Source of the DNA: Candidatus Nanohaloarchaea archaeon
Lineage (GTDB): Archaea > Nanohalarchaeota > Nanosalinia > Nanosalinales > Nanosalinaceae
Reading direction: 5' to 3'
Assembly: GCA_042218325.1 (NCBI GenBank)
Contig: JBDGRE010000035.1
Location: 1 to 16,820 of the forward strand
Length of the DNA: 16,820 nucleotides
A program made the translations under genes and the position numbers. Positions 1 to 7,714 of the stretch are shown here, in pieces (within the stretch, counting starts at the first letter, position 1; every line of letters starts with the position of its first letter). The notes below the pieces were generated by a model. The model was not told the DNA's origin, made no database searches, and saw nothing but the letters and a program-made list of their open reading frames with translations.

Positions 1-42
1 ATAAATATTTTCCAGCGGACGGAAAAGAGCTTCTTCACCGGC

Positions 43-177
43 TCAGGCCGTAAGCGGCGGCTCTGTGACGCAGTTCCTGTGGCAGTACCCGTCACTTGTC
101 TTGAGGTAGTTGCCGTCGGTGTGAACCCTGTCGCCGCAGATGACGCAGAGGCCGAGCTTCTGAGATAGTTGTGTCAT
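43..177 (-). CDS. 44-aa zinc-finger microprotein (CxxC-x18-HxxC), absent from ORF track
   Basis: Manual translation MTQLSQKLGLCVICGDRVHTDGNYLKTSDGYCHRNCVTEPPLTA*; GGAGG SD at 187-183, 5 nt before ATG; TTATATA box at 218-212. Confidence 0.75.
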   Translation of the reverse strand: MTQLSQKLGLCVICGDRVHTDGNYLKTSDGYCHRNCVTEPPLTA

Positions 178-211
178 TTTCCCCTCCCGGCCTATAGTTG
201 GTGCTGCACAG

Positions 212-218
212 TATATAA
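212..218 (-). promoter_or_regulatory. TATA box for the microprotein gene
   Basis: TTATATA on minus strand ~35 nt upstream of ATG 177, compatible with a short SD-containing leader; flanked by CCTATAG (191-197) and CTATAGG (225-231). Confidence 0.55.
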
Positions 219-263
219 GCAAAGCTATAGGAAACCACGTAACTACTCTGCAGTGGACAGAGC

Positions 264-1922
264 CTACTCATGGGCGAAGTAGAACTTCCCGCTCTCGTCC
301 CTGCGGACGAAGCCGAACCTCTCGAACTGCACGACCTCGCCCGTTTCTATCGCGTTCGGCTCTATCCTGCCCTCTATCTCACGGGAATCGGGCATCACCA
401 CGACCGCTGAATCGGCGGAAGAGGGCGCCCAGTGGATGATCGGTGCGTCCCTTTCGACCGCGACGGTGTGGTCGCCCTCGACGTACTCCGCCGTGCCACC
501 CGAGATCTCGACGTTGCACAGGCCTATCAGGCGCAGGAAGCCGTCCTCCAGGTCCTTCTCCTCGACCAGGACAGTAGAGGTTCCGTCTTCCTTATCGAGC
601 TCCGGCGTCCTGGCGCCCCGGTCCGGGTGGTCGGGGTGGAGCGGCATCTCCGGCGAAACATCCTCCGGCAGGCCGGTGATCTCGAGCTCGATAGGCTCTT
701 TCACGAAGAAGTAGCGGTCCGAGTCCTCGACCACGTCCCGGTTGGCGCTCTCCAGTGTTTCCACCGAGGCCTCGACGTCGTTCTCGCTGACACCCATCTC
801 GATGAAGAACTTCTGTATCGCCTCGGGCTGGAAGCCTCTCTTCTTCAACGCCTTCAGTGTCGGGGCGCGCGGGTCGTCCCAGCCGTCGAGCTCGCCTTCC
901 TCTATCATCTCGGTGAGTTTCGATCCGCTGACCGGGGCGTTGAAACCCGAGATGCGAACGTTGCCCCAGTAACGAACTTCCGGGTACTCCCAGCCGAGGT
1001 AGTCGTAGATGTACTTCTGTCTCTTGGTCGACGCGCGCAGGTCCTTGCCGCGAACGATGTGTGTGGTGTCGGTGTAGTGGTCCTCGATAGCGCCAGCGAA
1101 GTCGAGCAGCGGCCAGACCCGGTGCTGGTCGCCGGTCACCGGGTGATCCGGATTCTCTATTATCCTGAACGCGACGAAGTCCCTGACCGCAGGGTTCTTG
1201 TGGTCGAGATCAGTCTTTATCTTGAGCACCGCCTCGCCCTCTTCCGTTTCGCCATTCTTCATGTCCTCCCACTCGGCCATGTTGCTCTCCGGCGATGTTT
1301 CACGGTGCGGGCAGGCCTCGCCCTCGGAACGGTACTCGCGGCCCTCTTCCGGGTCGCACTCGCAGACGTACGCCTCGCCCATCTCGATGAGCTCCTCCGC
1401 GTGCCTGTAGTACTTGTCGAACTGCTTCGAGCTGTACACTATCTCGTCGGGCCGGTAGCCCAGCCACTCGTAGTCCTCCGGGTACCAGTCGTACGCGTCC
1501 TTGAGCGGCCGCTTCTTCCTCGGGTCGGTGTCGTCGAACCTCAGGACTAGCGTTCCTGAGTACTTGTCGCGGAGCTCGCCGTTGATGACCATACCGCGCG
1601 CGTGTCCTATGTGGGGCGGGCCGTTCGGGTTCGGCGCGAACCTTACTGTTACCTCGCCCTCCTCTGCGCCGGGAAGGTCGGGTATCGGGTCGTGCTCGTG
1701 CTCTTCTTCCTCGTAGTCGTAGTCATCCATCGCCTCTTCCTGTTCTTCGAGCGAGAGCTCGTTGATCTCCACGCAAACTCTTCCCGATACCTCCTGAACC
1801 TGCTCAGGGTCAGCGTCACTCTCTGCGATTACCTTTCCTATGACCGCGCCAGGGTTGCATTCTCCGCCGTACTCGACCGCGTTTTCAAGCGCGTGCTTCC
1901 GCGCGAGCTCTTCCAGTTCCAT
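264..1922 (-). CDS. gltX: glutamate--tRNA ligase, archaeal type
   Basis: RFAPNPNGPPHIGH (HIGH motif), LRFDDTDP, CxC...CxH Zn knuckle, THIVRGKD, GWDDPR, QFERFGF; archaeal N-terminus (LENAVEYGG). Confidence 0.97.
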   Translation of the reverse strand: MELEELARKHALENAVEYGGECNPGAVIGKVIAESDADPEQVQEVSGRVCVEINELSLEEQEEAMDDYDYEEEEHEHDPIPDLPGAEEGEVTVRFAPNPNGPPHIGHARGMVINGELRDKYSGTLVLRFDDTDPRKKRPLKDAYDWYPEDYEWLGYRPDEIVYSSKQFDKYYRHAEELIEMGEAYVCECDPEEGREYRSEGEACPHRETSPESNMAEWEDMKNGETEEGEAVLKIKTDLDHKNPAVRDFVAFRIIENPDHPVTGDQHRVWPLLDFAGAIEDHYTDTTHIVRGKDLRASTKRQKYIYDYLGWEYPEVRYWGNVRISGFNAPVSGSKLTEMIEEGELDGWDDPRAPTLKALKKRGFQPEAIQKFFIEMGVSENDVEASVETLESANRDVVEDSDRYFFVKEPIELEITGLPEDVSPEMPLHPDHPDRGARTPELDKEDGTSTVLVEEKDLEDGFLRLIGLCNVEISGGTAEYVEGDHTVAVERDAPIIHWAPSSADSAVVVMPDSREIEGRIEPNAIETGEVVQFERFGFVRRDESGKFYFAHE

Positions 1923-1962
1923 ACTTGAAGATTTCGCGGCTAAGTCTCTTTAAGACTGCGGT

Positions 1963-2253
1963 CTAAAGGTCGCGTTCGATGCGGGACAGCAGGCTGTCGT
2001 AGTCCTCGGGTCCGGCGCCGTTGACCCTGTAGGTCGCGTTCCTGCTCCATGGAACCTGCTCCGTCCTCTCCAAAAGACCTTCCTCGTGGAAGACGCCCAG
2101 TATACTGTCCACGGCATGTTCGGTCAGGTTCTCATCATACCTTCCTCCAAGCTCCCTCATGATCTCCCTAGTGGTCATCTCTCCTTCCTTCTCGAGAACT
2201 ATCTCCGCTACCTACTCACCGTGGCTGGCCGTCCACGCGTACTCTGCTCCCAC
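1963..2253 (-). pseudogene. small winged-helix DNA-binding protein; probable GTG start at 2253 with in-frame TAG at 2214-2212 (alternatively an intact 71-aa gene from ATG 2178)
   Basis: Frame reads (V)GAEYAWTASHGE*VAEIVLEKEGEMTTREIMRELGGRYDENLTEHAVDSILGVFHEEGLLERT...TYRV, a wHTH-like pattern; ATTATA at 2283-2278 lies ~25 nt upstream of the GTG. Confidence 0.5.
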
Positions 2254-2297
2254 GAAAATACCGATACGAGCTCAATCTATAATTAGGATTGACTGTT

Positions 2298-3749
2298 TCA
2301 GGTTCCGAACTGCTCCAGGTCCTTCTGGACCGAATTAGCCTTCTCCAAGATCTGCTGTCTTGAGTGACGTGAGCTCAGGGACGCCTTGCGCCATACCTCG
2401 TCGTCTCTGAACGCGGAGTACGCCTGGGAGGCCTTGGAATCGAAGAAGTCGCGCGCCTTGCTGGCCTCCCGCTGGTAGTTCACTACCGGCTCGGGGTAGT
2501 CTCTACCTATAACGGTGCCTGTCTCCTCCTGCAGCTCCTCCGGCATCTTCCATGGTTCCGCCAGGAACTCTTCCGGTACGTCTTCCAGCTCAGGCACGTA
2601 CTTCCCGATGAATCTTCCCTCGGGATCGTTCTCCCTCACCTGCTTCACCGGGTCGTATATCCTGTTTGCATGCACTCCTACCAATCCGGACTGCATCTGC
2701 CACTGGTAGTAGTTTATCGCAACATCTGCATCGATAAGATGCTTGAAGAAGTGGTCAGCTCCTATCTTCCACCACTGCTTCAGTATGTAGCTGAAGAAAG
2801 AGGCGCACATGGCACGCATCCTGAAGTTGAGCCATCCCGTCTGCTTCAACGCCCTCATAGATGCATCGACCAGCGGATACCCTGTCTCTCCATTCTTCCA
2901 AGACTCCACGAGCTCGTCGTCCCTCTGGTGCCTGTGCAGGTCCCTGTAAACAGGGTTTATTGCTTCCTCGGGGAGCTCCGGGTTATCCTCTATCTTCTGA
3001 CGGAAGTGTTGGTGCCAGACAAGTCGCTCCTGGAACATCTCCACACCGCCGGGCGCGTCTTCCTTCCGGGTCTCAGCCCTCTGGTGAGCCTCCCTGGGCG
3101 ATATCGCTCCATGCCTCAGGTAGGGGGATAGATGTGAGGTGCCTGATTCAGCCCTATCAGGCGGTGAGATACAGCCCGGATACTGCTCGATATCCTCCAG
3201 GAAGGATTCTAGCCTCCGGCGTCCCGCCTTAGCTCCCCCTTCCCCGAAGCTTTCTTTCCCAGGTTTCCCTATCTTATCACGTATCTTGTGTAGCTCGATA
3301 CCTTCTCTCTCGAGTTCGGATAGCTCTTCAGGAGGCCGCAGCATCTCCGAACTGAAGTACTCATCCACCCTCTCTGACCAGTTCTGCCTTGAGTTCTTCC
3401 CCGGCCTCACTACGCCCTTTGGAACACTCATGAACCTCTTCCGAGCTTCCTTCTCCTGGTCTCGGTCGAGAACGTTCATGTCCTGAGAGAAGTAGATATC
3501 GTGTTCCAGATCTTCCAGTACCTCGAGCGGTTCTCCCTCGAGCACCGTCAGCGACGACCCCCTGGACCTGTATCTTCTATCGAGGTCCTCGAGGCACTCG
3601 AGTACGAACTTCTTCCTCGCGGGTGAAACCATCTCGCTGTCCCACCAGCCTTCGTCCACGACGTACACCGGTGCTGCTCCTTCTCCGGCTGCATCCAGCG
3701 CTCTGTTATCCATCAACCTGAGGTCGTTCCTGTGCCAGACAGCTTTCAC
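2298..3749 (-). CDS. cryptochrome/DNA photolyase family protein (antenna + FAD-binding domains), NFRMRAM-type
   Basis: WHRNDLRLMDN N-terminus, TSHLSPYLRHGAIS, WKNGETGYPLVDASMR, LIDAD..IN...WQ, RIYDPVKQ..DPEG.FI.KYVPEL; GTG start. Confidence 0.93.
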   Translation of the reverse strand: MKAVWHRNDLRLMDNRALDAAGEGAAPVYVVDEGWWDSEMVSPARKKFVLECLEDLDRRYRSRGSSLTVLEGEPLEVLEDLEHDIYFSQDMNVLDRDQEKEARKRFMSVPKGVVRPGKNSRQNWSERVDEYFSSEMLRPPEELSELEREGIELHKIRDKIGKPGKESFGEGGAKAGRRRLESFLEDIEQYPGCISPPDRAESGTSHLSPYLRHGAISPREAHQRAETRKEDAPGGVEMFQERLVWHQHFRQKIEDNPELPEEAINPVYRDLHRHQRDDELVESWKNGETGYPLVDASMRALKQTGWLNFRMRAMCASFFSYILKQWWKIGADHFFKHLIDADVAINYYQWQMQSGLVGVHANRIYDPVKQVRENDPEGRFIGKYVPELEDVPEEFLAEPWKMPEELQEETGTVIGRDYPEPVVNYQREASKARDFFDSKASQAYSAFRDDEVWRKASLSSRHSRQQILEKANSVQKDLEQFGT

Positions 3750-3767
3750 GGCCGAAAAGTTGAAACT

Positions 3768-3777
3768 GATTTATTTC
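3768..3777. promoter_or_regulatory. AT-rich box centred between the divergent photolyase and nitroreductase starts
   Basis: gatttatttc centred ~24 nt from both GTG 3749 (-) and ATG 3797 (+). Confidence 0.4.
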
Positions 3778-3796
3778 ATCGTTTCGATGGTAAGTT

Positions 3797-4399
3797 ATGG
3801 AGTTCACCAGACTACTCAGGGAAAGGAAATCGGTACACAGCTTCGATGATAGAGAAGTCTCCAGACAGAAGGTGGTCGATATCCTGGAGACCGCGAGGTT
3901 CGCGCCCTCCGCCTGGAACCTCCAACCATGGGAGGTGATAGTGCTTGATTCTGAGGATTCAAAAGCGGAGGCAGTAGCTTCGTCCTACGACCAGGCTTTC
4001 CTGTCGGATGCCGACAAGATCCTGGTCATAGCCGGGGATGAGAGATTCGATGAGCACCTGGACGAAGCACTGACGGACTCGGTCAGCAAGGGCTACATGA
4101 CTGAAGAGGAGGCCGCAAGTCACAGGAAGACAGTCGAGGAGTTCCGGGGCCGTCGATGGGAGTGGAAGGAGCTGGAGCTTACCGCTAACTGCATGTTCCT
4201 GGCATCGGCCGTTCTCAACGCGGCTCACGAGCGAGGCCTCGGTGCCTGTCCCGTGAAGGGCTTCGACCAGGAAGAACTGGCAGAGAGGCTTGGACTCCAG
4301 CAGCTATATCCCATTCTACTGATACCGATAGGCTATCCCGCTGAAGACCTTGAGAAGAAGTGGCGCAGGGAGCCCGAGGACCTGATTGAGTTCAGGTAG
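3797..4399 (+). CDS. nitroreductase family flavoprotein
   Basis: RKSVHSF, APSAWNLQPW, GLGACPVKGFD, LIPIGYP FMN-binding motifs. Confidence 0.93.
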   Translation: MEFTRLLRERKSVHSFDDREVSRQKVVDILETARFAPSAWNLQPWEVIVLDSEDSKAEAVASSYDQAFLSDADKILVIAGDERFDEHLDEALTDSVSKGYMTEEEAASHRKTVEEFRGRRWEWKELELTANCMFLASAVLNAAHERGLGACPVKGFDQEELAERLGLQQLYPILLIPIGYPAEDLEKKWRREPEDLIEFR

Positions 4400-5232
4400 T
4401 GGTCGTATCGACCTGAACGCAGGAGTCCGAGCCCCAGGACTGCAGCCAGGAAAGCCGGGAGTATGTTCCCGAAGTAGATGTTGACTGCTCCCCAGAGAAA
4501 TACGAAGCTGACGACATCATCCAGCATGAAGTCGATGCTCCGGAGTCTCTCGACCAGCTTGGACCTGTCAAATGCTAGCTCAAGAGCTCCTACAGCTACC
4601 GTTCCGGAGAGGAGCCAGCCCGCGAAGTTGGTCAACGGGACACCGTAGAACGCTCCGGACGCGTAGTCCCAGAAATCCAGAGAGACCGCCGCGGGATCGA
4701 GGACCAGGTCGAAGATGATGAGAGTCGCAAGGGAGGCAGGAAGCCTTTTATGTATCTGGCGAGACTTCTCGGGAGCCAGGAGCAGGACAAGAAGGTACGA
4801 GTTCACGACCAGAGGGATGAAGAAGATAGGCAGCGCGAGAGGTATGTTGCCCGGCAGCATAGGACCGAGGGAAACACCGTAGCGGAATTCTCCGTAGGGG
4901 AATCCTGTGGTAGTGCCGACGTACTCTATGATATAGCTGTAGATTGTTAGGAGAGACAGGTAGATCGCGGCTTTCCTGTCAACTAGCTCGCCTGTGCCGG
5001 CGATCAGGGGTAGGCGCATCACCAGCGTCCCGAAAAGGATGAGGTACGGGTTGAACGAGAGAACAGAAAGAGGAAGCGTTATACCGCGGATTACTGTATC
5101 GTTAAGGATGCCCTCGGCAGAGGCGAGAAGTGTCAGCGCTCCCACGATCGGGAAGATGACAGATATTGTGAAACGGTTCTCTGCAACAAGCTTCTTCAGG
5201 TCGAATTTCTTAAGTTTTTGAAGCCTCTCCAT
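4333..5232 (-). CDS. cruF: bisanhydrobacterioruberin hydratase (carotenoid 1,2-hydratase), membrane protein; start corrected to ATG 5232 (299 aa)
   Basis: ENRFTISVIFP, LMRLPL-like segment (VMRLPLIAG), EYVGTTTGFPYGEFRY, LGPM, DLVLDPAAV..FW.Y, YGVPLTNFAGW, MLDD.VSFV.LWG as in haloarchaeal CruF; the ORF-track extension to 5499 overlaps the opposite gene. Confidence 0.85.
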   Translation of the reverse strand: MERLQKLKKFDLKKLVAENRFTISVIFPIVGALTLLASAEGILNDTVIRGITLPLSVLSFNPYLILFGTLVMRLPLIAGTGELVDRKAAIYLSLLTIYSYIIEYVGTTTGFPYGEFRYGVSLGPMLPGNIPLALPIFFIPLVVNSYLLVLLLAPEKSRQIHKRLPASLATLIIFDLVLDPAAVSLDFWDYASGAFYGVPLTNFAGWLLSGTVAVGALELAFDRSKLVERLRSIDFMLDDVVSFVFLWGAVNIYFGNILPAFLAAVLGLGLLRSGRYDHYLNSIRSSGSLRHFFSRSSAG

Positions 5233-5244
5233 GATATGTTTAGT

Positions 5245-5607
5245 ATGCAGGAGCTTCTTGAACCTGTCGTGAATAACCCTTCCGTCCGGTACGTTGTAGA
5301 AAACCCCGATGTCGCGGCTGCAGGAGCAACCGCTGCCTACATTGCCGGATGGTCTCTCGCGGGACAGTACGGAGTCTTCAGGGGAGAGAAGAGAGAGGCG
5401 TCCAAAGAAGAGGAGAATCTTGAGCAACGTCGAGAAGAGCTGAAGTCGGATATAGAAAGAGAGTCTGCAGTCAGGGAATGCTTCAACCATCTCCTGCACC
5501 CGGTAAAGTCAGGTGAACTCAGCGAGCTGGAGGAGAGCTCTTACGTTCCCGACCGCGATGACTCCGAGTACCGTTTCTCCGATGAAGATCTTGAGCGCTT
5601 AGACTAG
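5245..5607 (+). CDS. hypothetical acidic protein (120 aa) with one Ala/Gly-rich hydrophobic segment and a coiled-coil-like stretch
   Basis: MQELLEP...VAAAGATAAYIAGWSLAG...KEEENLEQRREELKSDIERE; acidic composition typical of this genome; stop shares CTAG 5604-5607 with the convergent gene. Confidence 0.65.
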   Translation: MQELLEPVVNNPSVRYVVENPDVAAAGATAAYIAGWSLAGQYGVFRGEKREASKEEENLEQRREELKSDIERESAVRECFNHLLHPVKSGELSELEESSYVPDRDDSEYRFSDEDLERLD

Positions 5608-7013
5608 AGACCGAGGCTTTCTCGGAATTCTTCCGCGTTCTGCCGGTGTTCTTCCAGTGTATCATCCGACATCCTGTCGAGCTGCGACGCCATGAAGCTC
5701 ATCCTCTGGATATCCTCAATCTTGTCGCGATGGTCCTCTATGAAGCTCCAGTAGAGGCCGTCCCAGTAATCCTCCCATTCACCTGAGGGGTAGTGCGACA
5801 TCTTCCGGATGTAGTTGCTGCTGGAGATGTATGGCTTGGTCATCATGTTCTCCCAGCTGTACTGCGACATGCCGTAGACGTTCGGAACCATGACCCAGTC
5901 GTAGCTGTCGATGAACATCTCCGAGAACCATTCGTAGACTTCGTCCGGATCGACTTCAAGGAGGAGCATGACATTGCCGAGTACCATAAGACGCTCTATG
6001 TGGTGGCAGTAGCCATCTTCCAGTGCGTTCTCTATCGAGGTGTCTACGGGCGGAAGCCCTGTTCCCGCAGTATAGAACTCTTCGGGAAGCGGGTTGTCGC
6101 AGCCGAAGAAGTTCTCGTCTTGCATCTCAGGCTCCATCTCGTAGACTGCGCGGATGAACTCGCGCCAGCCGATGACCTGGCGCAGGAAGCCTTCCAGGGA
6201 GTTCATCGGGTAGTCCCTTCTCTCGTGGTACGCGAGCGTCTTTTCTACCACCTCTCCCGGTGTCAGGAGACCGATGTTGAGAGCTGGTGAAAGCAAGGAA
6301 TGGTAGCCATAGCGGAGGTCGCTGTCTATCGCGTCTTGGTAGTCACCGAAGTTTTCCAGCCGGTTCTCGAGAAAGTCCTCCAGGTTCTCAAGAGCCTGAT
6401 CCCTGGTAGTCGGCCAAGAGAAGTTCTCGAGCGAGCCCGGGTTGTCCGGGAAGTTTTTCTCAACGTATTTCTTTGCCTCCTCGACGTGTTCGGATGAGAA
6501 CTGGGGTATCTCTGGAGGCTGCTCGTCTTCCGGCATCTTTTCCCTGTTCTCCGGGTCGAAGCTCCATTTGCCTCCCTCCGGGTTCCCATCGTTATCGATG
6601 AGTATACCGTGGTGCTTCCTGACCTGCTTGTAGTACTCCAGGTGGAAGTAGTTCTGAGGCATCGCCTGGCTGTTGAACTCCATCGAGTTCATGAACATCG
6701 GAGACTCGACGAACTCCAGCTCCACATCTTTCTCATCCGCCAGACCTTCTATTTCGTCTCTCAGGGTGTGGTCCACAGGGTCGTACATCTTGATGTGCTC
6801 GTGTTGCTCGAATATGAACTCGAAGTCTTCATCGTGCTCTATGTACTCCGCACCGGTCTCTTCCTGGTAGGCTTTCATAGAGGCGCGGTGCAGCACCAGC
6901 TTCTGCCTGTGGAAACTTAGCCTTGAGAAGAAGTGAGGGTGCTCGACCAGGTACTTCTCCTCTTCATCGACCGGCTCCGGGAAAAGATGGTTGGGTAGGA
7001 TGATAGCTGCCAT
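5604..7013 (-). CDS. prokaryotic (6-4) photolyase-like protein (PhrB/CryB family) lacking the Fe-S cysteines
   Basis: ILPNHLF, FHRQKLVLHRASM, GGKWSFDPENR, FGDYQDA, HSLLSPALNIGLL, EGFLRQVIGWREF, YCHHIERLM, FIDSYDWVMVPNV, TKPYISSSNYI.KMSHY. Confidence 0.92.
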   Translation of the reverse strand: MAAIILPNHLFPEPVDEEEKYLVEHPHFFSRLSFHRQKLVLHRASMKAYQEETGAEYIEHDEDFEFIFEQHEHIKMYDPVDHTLRDEIEGLADEKDVELEFVESPMFMNSMEFNSQAMPQNYFHLEYYKQVRKHHGILIDNDGNPEGGKWSFDPENREKMPEDEQPPEIPQFSSEHVEEAKKYVEKNFPDNPGSLENFSWPTTRDQALENLEDFLENRLENFGDYQDAIDSDLRYGYHSLLSPALNIGLLTPGEVVEKTLAYHERRDYPMNSLEGFLRQVIGWREFIRAVYEMEPEMQDENFFGCDNPLPEEFYTAGTGLPPVDTSIENALEDGYCHHIERLMVLGNVMLLLEVDPDEVYEWFSEMFIDSYDWVMVPNVYGMSQYSWENMMTKPYISSSNYIRKMSHYPSGEWEDYWDGLYWSFIEDHRDKIEDIQRMSFMASQLDRMSDDTLEEHRQNAEEFRESLGL

Positions 7014-7017
7014 CTTC

Positions 7018-7710
7018 CTATATCGAAAGTGTTAGGGACTGCCTGATATCTTTTATCCTGCTCTCCCTGACTCCTCTCCTCCTGCCGAGCTCCTTCAGGG
7101 AGTAGTACACCAGTGTTCCCGTCAACCCCATCGACGCTATCCTCCTGCCGGAGGTTCTTACCAGCTTTTTCCGGATGACCCCTGAATCTCCCACCGACTC
7201 GATCGTGCTGGAGAACTCAAGATCCTCACCCAAGACGTCGCTGAATCCGCCCGATTCAAGGTAGTCACCAGTTTTAACTGCGACTGCGAATCCTGGAAGC
7301 AGCGGGGTCTGTCCCCGCATCAGAACCTGGTTGCAGATGAACTGCACCACCCTTGATCGCAAACCGGTCATCTCGAACTTTGCGGTGCATGCGGAAAGCT
7401 CTTTCTCCTCCATCATCTCGATAGCGGTAGAGGTGAAGGAAGGACGTAGCTCGGTGTCGGCATCGAGGAAAACTATGTAGTCTCCCGAGCTCTGGCGAGC
7501 TCCGGTGTCTCTCGCGTTGCCTCGGCCCTTCACACCTGTAACTACTTTATCCGCTACCTCCCTGGCATAGCTCAGGGTACCGTCGCTGCTTCCTCCATCG
7601 ACGACTATCAGTTCCTTATCGAACTCTCCCTCCTGGGATGAAACAGAGGATACGGCCGAGGGGAGGGTTTCCCTCTCATCCCTCGCTGGGATGACGAAGG
7701 ATACTTTCAA
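7018..7710 (-). CDS. glycosyltransferase family 2 (230 aa); start corrected to TTG 7710
   Basis: KVSFVIPARDE, IVVDGGSSDGT, FLDAD (DxD), GED, TSGRR; GGTGA SD-like motif just upstream, overlapping the rnj stop. Confidence 0.88.
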   Translation of the reverse strand: MKVSFVIPARDERETLPSAVSSVSSQEGEFDKELIVVDGGSSDGTLSYAREVADKVVTGVKGRGNARDTGARQSSGDYIVFLDADTELRPSFTSTAIEMMEEKELSACTAKFEMTGLRSRVVQFICNQVLMRGQTPLLPGFAVAVKTGDYLESGGFSDVLGEDLEFSSTIESVGDSGVIRKKLVRTSGRRIASMGLTGTLVYYSLKELGRRRGVRESRIKDIRQSLTLSI

Positions 7711-7714
7711 GCCA

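Noticed and set aside
8-26. TTTTCC-N7-GGAAAA hairpin downstream of the microprotein
   Set aside because: Only a 6-bp AT-rich stem at the window edge; too weak to call a terminator
432-1550. 372-aa plus-strand ORF antisense to gltX
   Set aside because: Shadow ORF of GC-rich acidic codon usage; V/L/R-rich with no motifs
2212-2214. Genome-wide amber recoding (pyrrolysine or alternative code)
   Set aside because: gltX, the nitroreductase, the (6-4) photolyase, GT2 and others end at TAG at expected lengths
5233-5499. N-terminal extension of cruF in the ORF track
   Set aside because: CruF-like sequence starts near MERLQ/ENRFT; the extension is antisense to a plausible acidic gene
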